IMG/VR virus record: IMGVR_UViG_3300028129_000011
Strand: one strand, 5' to 3'
Length of the DNA: 20,000 nt
DNA from: an uncultured virus (IMG/VR IMGVR_UViG_3300028129_000011)
Lineage: Duplodnaviria; Heunggongvirae; Uroviricota; Caudoviricetes
Shown here: positions 14,815-20,000 of the stretch, piece by piece
Numbering within the stretch: the stretch's first letter is position 1
How the letters are laid out: each line of letters starts with the position of its first letter
Translations under genes and position numbers: made by a program
Notes under the pieces: model-generated
Told to the model about the DNA's origin: nothing
Seen by the model: the letters and a program-made list of their open reading frames with translations, nothing else
The model's database searches: none

Positions 14815-16581
14815 TTAACCGTCACAGCTTAAACAGCTTTCATCCATAGCTTGTTGAGCTATATCTCCACGTAAAACACTTTCTGTTCTAGTATAATACA
14901 AAGTTTTAACACCTTTTTTCCAAGCTTCAAAATGAACTTTATTAATCCATTTAGGAGTAGCTTCTGATGGAAAAGCTAAATTTAAACTTACAGATTGATC
15001 AATATATTGTTGACGAATACCTGCTTGATTAACTAACTCTAACTGATTGATTTCTTTAAACGTTTTAAAAACATCTTTAACTTTATCATAATCAGTTTCT
15101 TTTAAATCAGGATTGTCAGATATTTTAGTTAATTTTCTATTAACATAACCCCAATTATCAAGTTCTTCAATATCTTGTATACTACCTCCGTCAGCTAATA
15201 TCTTGTCCCAAACCTGTTTAGTATTAATACCTATTTTTCTTAATACTTTAGTTAACTCTTTATTTTTTCTTATAAACGTCCCTTTGGCTGATTGTTCTGT
15301 GAAAACATTAGCAGCCCAAGGCTCAATCCCAGGAGAAACGTTACCAGATAATTTAGAGTTAGATACAGTAGGAGCAATCGCACGAAGATGAGTATTACGC
15401 ATGCCAGTACCCACACACCATAAAGGTTCTCCATAAATTTCAGCAAGATCCCTAGAAGCTCTTTCGCTTTCAATTTTGACCTGCGAAAAAATCTTCCTAG
15501 TTTCAAACTGCGCAAGTAAGCCTTCAAAAGGTATACCTCTTTCTTGGAGATATGTATGCCATCCAAGTACTCCCAAGCCCAAAGCACGCCCTTTTGTTGC
15601 TGATCTAACACTATTCTCGAAACCTCTAAGTCCTTTTGCTCTTTGTATAAATTCTTCCATAACACCATCAAGAAAGTAAATGGCGTCATATATAAGGTTA
15701 GTATCTTTCCATTCGTCATATTTTGCTAAATTTAATGATGATAAACAACATACAAAACTATGTGACTCATCTGTATGTAATGTAATCTCAGAACATATAT
15801 TTGTCATATGAACTTTTAATCCATTGTCTTTATATGCTTTTGGATTTGATTTATTAGTGTTTCCTTTAAATAATATATATGGCTCTCCAGTTGCTTTTCT
15901 TTTTCTAAGTAATTTACTCCACTTAGTTCTTGCTTCTGCATCTCCTTGTTCAAGTTTTCGCATAAACTTATCACCAATAACTGCACACTGGTGTAAATTA
16001 AGCGATTGTCTATTAACGTCGCCTTTAGGTTCTCTAATTTCAAGCCACTCTTCAAAATCGTCGTGCTCAATGTTAATATTAACCGATGCAGCTCCTCTTC
16101 TAACTGATCCTTGATTAGTTGCGAGGATTGTTGAGTCATATATTTTACAAAAGGGTACAACCCCGTCTGATGTTCCATTTCCTGTAATTTTAGCGCCGGC
16201 GGGTCTAATTTGATTAACTCCAATGCCAACTCCACCCCCGTGCTTAGCGAGTAGCATCATCTCTAAATTTTTACCACCTATATCTTGGATTGAGTCAGCA
16301 ACGTCGATACCAAAGCAACTAATAGGTAAGCCACGATCTGTACCAGTGTTGGAAAGTACCGGAGAAGCAAGGCAAAGCCAACCATTCCAGATATAATTAA
16401 AAAAGTTTTCAGCCATCTCTGGCTTATATAATCTTCGAGCAACTGTTTTAGCGACTCTTTTGTATGCCTCTTTCGGACTTTCGTCGTGATATAAATATCC
16501 CCCGGATATTGTCTTTTTGTATACGTCGTTATCACCCCACGAAGGAAAGTCTTCACCTTTAATCCATTCATTATTCCACAT
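14815..16581 (-). CDS. nrdA: Class I ribonucleotide reductase alpha subunit (compact, no ATP cone)
   Basis: LPISCF (redox Cys), HGGGVG, NQGSVRRGA, TNICSEI (N-C-E catalytic motif), VCCLSSLN, RALGLG, AIAPT, KTLYY (radical-relay tyrosines), C-terminal CLSCDG. Confidence 0.97.
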   Translation of the reverse strand: MWNNEWIKGEDFPSWGDNDVYKKTISGGYLYHDESPKEAYKRVAKTVARRLYKPEMAENFFNYIWNGWLCLASPVLSNTGTDRGLPISCFGIDVADSIQDIGGKNLEMMLLAKHGGGVGIGVNQIRPAGAKITGNGTSDGVVPFCKIYDSTILATNQGSVRRGAASVNINIEHDDFEEWLEIREPKGDVNRQSLNLHQCAVIGDKFMRKLEQGDAEARTKWSKLLRKRKATGEPYILFKGNTNKSNPKAYKDNGLKVHMTNICSEITLHTDESHSFVCCLSSLNLAKYDEWKDTNLIYDAIYFLDGVMEEFIQRAKGLRGFENSVRSATKGRALGLGVLGWHTYLQERGIPFEGLLAQFETRKIFSQVKIESERASRDLAEIYGEPLWCVGTGMRNTHLRAIAPTVSNSKLSGNVSPGIEPWAANVFTEQSAKGTFIRKNKELTKVLRKIGINTKQVWDKILADGGSIQDIEELDNWGYVNRKLTKISDNPDLKETDYDKVKDVFKTFKEINQLELVNQAGIRQQYIDQSVSLNLAFPSEATPKWINKVHFEAWKKGVKTLYYTRTESVLRGDIAQQAMDESCLSCDG

Positions 16582-16588
16582 ATTTTAA

Positions 16589-16963
16589 TTATTTTATTTG
16601 CCATCTTTTATTATACTTAGGCTCGTGTTTAAATTCTAATTCTATTTCTTTAATTAATCTTTCTTGTTTATTAGTAGTCTCTATAACTTCGTATGTCCAA
16701 AACTCTTTACAGTAGGCTTTTTTAAATTGACCTTTGTGAAAAGCTTTTGATTTATCGTAGCCAAAGTGTTCAGCTAATCTTCTTGGACCGTTAGTTGTTT
16801 CTCCAACATAAATAATTTCACCGGTCTCATCTTTAATTATATAAACTATTTCCATAGGAACAGGAAACTCTTTATTATGTAACTTCGCTCTTGCTTTTCT
16901 AACTGTAGCCCTTCTAGATTCTGTATTTACATAGCCATTATATGCATCGTGTATCTTTGTCAT
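16589..16963 (-). CDS. GIY-YIG endonuclease, probable free-standing homing endonuclease
   Basis: IVYII...IIYVGET, RRLAEH (catalytic Arg), IKEIEL (metal-binding Glu), PKYN, with a basic N-terminal extension. Ends 7 nt upstream of nrdA. Confidence 0.85.
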   Translation of the reverse strand: MTKIHDAYNGYVNTESRRATVRKARAKLHNKEFPVPMEIVYIIKDETGEIIYVGETTNGPRRLAEHFGYDKSKAFHKGQFKKAYCKEFWTYEVIETTNKQERLIKEIELEFKHEPKYNKRWQIK

Positions 16964-17225
16964 ATTTGTTTTTATAATTTTCTACTTCAATCCACTCAAT
17001 AGGATCTATAAACCATCCTCCTTCTATTTTTACTTCAAAGAAATTATTTACGTCTTGTGGTTTGTAGAAGATTTTATTGTTTTCAACTTTCCACATATGA
17101 CCGTAACCAGTTCTAATAAAGTTGTTGTTGTTAATTAAAGCTTTACTAATATCCTCGAAGCTTTTAACAATTACTGTTGGAAAATCTGTTATATCTTCTC
17201 CTTTGATCCAGTTTTCATTCCACAT
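16938..17225 (-). CDS. Hypothetical chimeric protein starting with a copy of the NrdA N-terminus
   Basis: 95 aa. Begins MWNENWIKGED-ITD-FP versus NrdA MWNNEWIKGED-FP; the remainder is unrelated to RNR. Overlaps the GIY-YIG gene by 26 nt. Confidence 0.65.
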   Translation of the reverse strand: MWNENWIKGEDITDFPTVIVKSFEDISKALINNNNFIRTGYGHMWKVENNKIFYKPQDVNNFFEVKIEGGWFIDPIEWIEVENYKNKYDKDTRCI

Positions 17226-17229
17226 ATTA

Positions 17230-17496
17230 TTATTTTAAAAAGTGAGTTATCCAGGCTATTAACCCATTTATATTTAAAGCTACTAAGTTCCATTGTTTCC
17301 TAGAGCTTGTTTGTATTATTACTAGTATAAATCCTACCATGTAAAGTTTTGGATCTATAGTCCATTGAGCAGCGATTAAAAAACCACTGCCCATATACCC
17401 TGCTCTAGTCGCTAATCTCTTCCAAGGAGTTAACCGCTTTTGCCTCACTAGCTTGTTTAGCAGCTTGTTCCTTAACTCTTTCGATCGCTTCATCAT
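17230..17496 (-). CDS. Small 2-3 TM membrane protein (true start possibly GTG at 17448)
   Basis: Hydrophobic segments AGYMGSGFLIAAQW, LYMVGFILVIIQ and WNLVALNINGLIAWI. The helix pattern is loosely PnuC/SemiSWEET-like. GTG at 17448 would reduce the overlap with the upstream gene. Confidence 0.6.
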   Translation of the reverse strand: MMKRSKELRNKLLNKLVRQKRLTPWKRLATRAGYMGSGFLIAAQWTIDPKLYMVGFILVIIQTSSRKQWNLVALNINGLIAWITHFLK

Positions 17497-17635
17497 AATC
17501 TGGCATTTGTTTAATTGTTTCTAATACACCTATAGCTATTGTAGCTGTCTGATTTAATTCACTTATTAGTTTTTGATTGATCAAACCCAAGGTTTCAATC
17601 TTATTCTTCATTTCAATTAGTGTCTGTTCTTTCAT
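17405..17635 (-). CDS. Hypothetical coiled-coil protein
   Basis: 76 aa. ATG lies 1 nt after the upstream stop; helical heptad pattern. Confidence 0.7.
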   Translation of the reverse strand: MKEQTLIEMKNKIETLGLINQKLISELNQTATIAIGVLETIKQMPDYDEAIERVKEQAAKQASEAKAVNSLEEISD

Positions 17636-17636
17636 G

Positions 17637-17894
17637 TTACAGTGATTTTAAGATTAGCATCATAATTGCTGGAGCGGTTGTGTATATAAAGTCAGCTATT
17701 TCACAGTTACCTTTACCCATAGCCTTGTCCCATATAAGCTCTTTTGCTGCAGCGATAGCTGCTACAATAACTAAAGCTATATCTCCTAATAATAAAAATC
17801 CTACAAAAGATAAAATAGTACCGTAAAAGAAATGCAGTAGTTTATCGTTAGGAATTTTATTTAATGTGCTAAATATTTGTTTAATTTTATTCAT
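17637..17894 (-). CDS. VanZ/YfiM-like small membrane protein
   Basis: PNDKLLHF ... AKELIWD ... G ... ADFIYT pattern (DK-x2-H, KE-x3-D, D) with three hydrophobic helices. Confidence 0.7.
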   Translation of the reverse strand: MNKIKQIFSTLNKIPNDKLLHFFYGTILSFVGFLLLGDIALVIVAAIAAAKELIWDKAMGKGNCEIADFIYTTAPAIMMLILKSL

Positions 17895-17912
17895 TTTTTT
17901 TGTTTTTAATTA

Positions 17913-18896
17913 TTACCAAATGTCTTCATAATCTTCATCTTCTCCAGCTTTTGAATAATCAGTCGGCCTAATAGCGAAAAAATCAGTATGAGTGACGCCC
18001 CCGGTAAGATGGTAAAACCAATCAAGATTAGCTGCTGCTTTCTCGTCATACGCGAAGTAGTTGCCCAAGTCGACATAACCAAGTTCCACAAGTTTTTCAT
18101 TTGTTCTCTTTTTTATAAAGTGTTTTAAATCATTAGCTGATATACCTTCTACATCACCCATCTCAAACATTTTGTCAATATAATTACATTCAAGCTCTAT
18201 CATTATTTCAGCAGCTTTAATTATATCTTTTCGACATAAATCTAGTAATTGATCGTTTTCTTCGCACATATGACGGAATAATTGACAACCCATTTTACTG
18301 TGTAATGACTCATCTCTTACAGACCACTTCATTTGCTGTCCAATACCTTTAAGTAAGTTCCTAAGTTGAAAAGAATACAGTATTGCAAATGCAGAATAAA
18401 GACTTACTCCTTCCGCAAACGCTGAAAATACAGCTAGTGATCTACCGATACCTACTTGACTTTCGCCATCATAAGCAACTAAATTTTCAAACCTAGCAGC
18501 AGTTGCTGGCTCGTGTAGGAATGCTTCAAAGTCCATTAACTCTGGAGCCGCAGTTTCTAATGTTTCATTTAAGTAACTATAAGCAACAGCGTGAACTGTT
18601 TCGTTACCACCAAAAGCCATAGCCATTTGTTGTATTTCATATTTAGGAAACCAATTAACTACGTTTTGTGTCCAGTAATCACTAACAGCACATTCTGTTT
18701 GTGTGAAACCTAATAGTATATTACCTACTAAGTTTTTTTCTTCATAAGTTAATCTTTCATTCCAATCTTTTATATCGCTTTGCATCGATATTTCTGTGTG
18801 TAACCAGTGAGCTTGCTGTATTGGCAACCAACCTTCGTTGTAATATACAGGGTACTCAAAAGGTTTATAAGCTACTCTTTTATCAAATAATCCCAT
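17913..18896 (-). CDS. nrdB: Class I ribonucleotide reductase beta subunit
   Basis: YKPFEYP, HWLHTEI, metal ligands E68, E99/H102, E162, E196/H199 (RDESLH), radical-site Tyr106, C-terminal HTDFFAIRPTDY. Confidence 0.97.
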   Translation of the reverse strand: MGLFDKRVAYKPFEYPVYYNEGWLPIQQAHWLHTEISMQSDIKDWNERLTYEEKNLVGNILLGFTQTECAVSDYWTQNVVNWFPKYEIQQMAMAFGGNETVHAVAYSYLNETLETAAPELMDFEAFLHEPATAARFENLVAYDGESQVGIGRSLAVFSAFAEGVSLYSAFAILYSFQLRNLLKGIGQQMKWSVRDESLHSKMGCQLFRHMCEENDQLLDLCRKDIIKAAEIMIELECNYIDKMFEMGDVEGISANDLKHFIKKRTNEKLVELGYVDLGNYFAYDEKAAANLDWFYHLTGGVTHTDFFAIRPTDYSKAGEDEDYEDIW

Positions 18897-19063
18897 TATG
18901 TTTTTGTAAATTGTTTTATTGTTTCTAATTCGTTCTTCCAGGCATCTATATGAGCCAATATAACGGGTTTTGTTGTAGACTTAGATACATTCTTCATATC
19001 AACTAATACGTTGTCTATAAATAAGCCTACAGCCGCCACCACGCTTTCTAAGTTATCATCCAC
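18896..19063 (-). CDS. Hypothetical 55-aa protein (not in supplied ORF track)
   Basis: GTG at 19063 gives MDDNLESVVAAVGLFIDNVLVDMKNVSKSTTKPVILAHIDAWKNELETIKQFTKT. The start overlaps the upstream stop (TAGTG) and the stop overlaps the nrdB start (TAATG). Confidence 0.7.
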   Translation of the reverse strand: MDDNLESVVAAVGLFIDNVLVDMKNVSKSTTKPVILAHIDAWKNELETIKQFTKT

Positions 19064-19215
19064 TATTTGAATATTTTTAAAGCTATATCAAAAAATGGTA
19101 AATACAAAACATGTATAGCAATATCTTCCTCTATATAAGATCTAAACCCTAATAATACACCTGGGTAAAAACCTACTTCTATAACCCAAGCTGTTTCGTT
19201 TTCGTTTTCTTTCAT
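19063..19215 (-). CDS. Hypothetical 50-aa protein (not in supplied ORF track)
   Basis: MKENENETAWVIEVGFYPGVLLGFRSYIEEDIAIHVLYLPFFDIALKIFK. ATGA overlap upstream and TAGTG overlap downstream. Confidence 0.75.
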   Translation of the reverse strand: MKENENETAWVIEVGFYPGVLLGFRSYIEEDIAIHVLYLPFFDIALKIFK

Positions 19216-19382
19216 GTACATTTTATATTATGTCTTTTGTGTAATTGTTCTATATCTATTGATCTCACTTTGCCTTTTGCTTCCCAGCTCCATTTAACAA
19301 ACTTGTCAATCTGGCGCTCTGCGTATTTTTGTCTTGCTATCCTCTTTGCTTCGAAAGGATTAACTCTACGGTCTTGTCGCAT
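19212..19382 (-). CDS. Hypothetical small basic protein (56 aa; start likely 19382 rather than 19457)
   Basis: MRQDRRVNPFEAKRIARQKYAERQIDKFVKWSWEAKGKVRSIDIEQLHKRHNIKCT. Fills the gap after the resolvase and is coupled to the next gene through ATGA. Confidence 0.65.
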   Translation of the reverse strand: MRQDRRVNPFEAKRIARQKYAERQIDKFVKWSWEAKGKVRSIDIEQLHKRHNIKCT

Positions 19383-19795
19383 TCTTTTTGATTTTGTGGT
19401 TTGTATAATGTTACATTTGGGAATTGCCTGACTATAAGTTGCTTGAACAACTTCCATCTCATAGGAAACGACTCATTTGCTCTACCTTTGGTTTCAATTA
19501 TAAAATCTTCGCCAATAAAATCAGGTGTATACTTGATAGGTAGAATACGTTTGCATCCTCTATTTTTATAATCACCTTTACCATTAGCTTGTCTTTCATA
19601 AACTTCATTTTCAAAATGAAAACCATTTAATAAAACAAATGTCTCTCCTTCGTACTTAGCTTTTATTTTTGCTTTTCTTAAAGCTATGTACATATATTTC
19701 TCAAGACCTGAAGCAAAGTTGATACCATCATATGATACCTTCTTTGCTCTTACTGGTCCACGCTTTCCGCTCTTTCTTTTAAATAATTTTTTCAT
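19337..19795 (-). CDS. T7 endonuclease I-like Holliday junction resolvase (PD-(D/E)xK)
   Basis: FASGLE...YE...YTPDF...IIETKGR motif series matches the phage endonuclease I family. Confidence 0.85.
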   Translation of the reverse strand: MKKLFKRKSGKRGPVRAKKVSYDGINFASGLEKYMYIALRKAKIKAKYEGETFVLLNGFHFENEVYERQANGKGDYKNRGCKRILPIKYTPDFIGEDFIIETKGRANESFPMRWKLFKQLIVRQFPNVTLYKPQNQKECDKTVELILSKQRG

Positions 19796-20000
19796 AATCT
19801 ACATCTAAATCGCTTAGCAAGTCTTCTTGAAGATTAGTAGTATAAACTTCTTTAGCTTTCTGTAAATACAATACAGCATCCATAAGTTCTTCTTGCAAAT
19901 GATTTAGCCATTCAAACATTTTAGACGGATCTTGTTCTAATGTTACACCGTACTTAGCAAAGCCTATGTCTGATCTTGATACAAATTTTTGTACAACTCT
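19779..20000 (-). CDS. Partial (5'-truncated) all-alpha protein, MazG-like NTP pyrophosphohydrolase candidate
   Basis: Frame open from the window end: RVVQKFVSRSDIGFAKYGVTLEQDPSKMFEWLNHLQEELMDAVLYLQKAKE...YEKII*. Contains G-x2-KYG and the EE-x2-D-x3-Y acidic helix motif. Confidence 0.6.
   Translation of the reverse strand, partial: RVVQKFVSRSDIGFAKYGVTLEQDPSKMFEWLNHLQEELMDAVLYLQKAKEVYTTNLQEDLLSDLDVDYEKII

Noticed and set aside
14815..16581. Intein in NrdA
   Set aside because: At 588 aa the protein is compact, all catalytic motifs are contiguous, and there is no C...HN/C splice signature.
15270..16604. Same-strand alternative-frame ORFs inside nrdA (15270-15719, 15816-16235, 16278-16604) and 17906-18100 inside nrdB
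   Set aside because: They are nested in well-supported RNR genes and have no recognisable motifs; consistent with off-frame shadows of codon usage.
16549..17192. Group I intron splitting nrdA, with the upstream MWNENWIKGED as exon 1
   Set aside because: The interval is almost fully coding, only 7 nt separate the GIY-YIG stop from the nrdA ATG, no P7/R-S core elements are visible, and nrdA has its own intact start.
1..20000. Stop-codon reassignment (seen in some crAss-like phages)
   Set aside because: Genes are full length and densely tiled under the standard code. TAG and TGA act as normal stops, including in coupled overlaps (TAGTG at 19063, ATGA at 19212).

Overview
AT-rich (about 30% GC by eye) fragment of a lytic tailed phage. 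A Bacteroidota/Flavobacteriia host is inferred from the A-rich leaders without Shine-Dalgarno sequences and from gene content; the layout is podovirus-like. The + strand (1-14640) carries late genes: a tail stabilization protein, two probable ejection proteins, a 3159-aa polyvalent ejection-type protein, a lysis cassette (two membrane proteins and an M15 peptidase) and a CWKGY microprotein. The - strand (14815-20000) carries nucleotide and replication genes: class I RNR nrdA/nrdB, a GIY-YIG endonuclease, small membrane proteins, a T7 endonuclease I-like resolvase and a partial MazG-like protein. The two arms converge on a bidirectional terminator. Highlights: (1) a candidate programmed -1 frameshift cassette (A_AAG, 6-nt spacer, H-type pseudoknot) at codon 62 of the giant gene, which would yield a 92-aa Cys-rich alternative product; (2) the giant protein appears to be a string of cargo modules (HExxH zincin, sigma70 region-2-like, PcfJ-like WC domain, beta-hairpin repeats, PD-(D/E)xK nuclease) separated by recurring (F/L)S(K/R/T) linker motifs; (3) a GIY-YIG cassette bounded by two diverged copies of the nrdA 5' end. 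All domain calls come from motif recognition by eye; no database searches were run.
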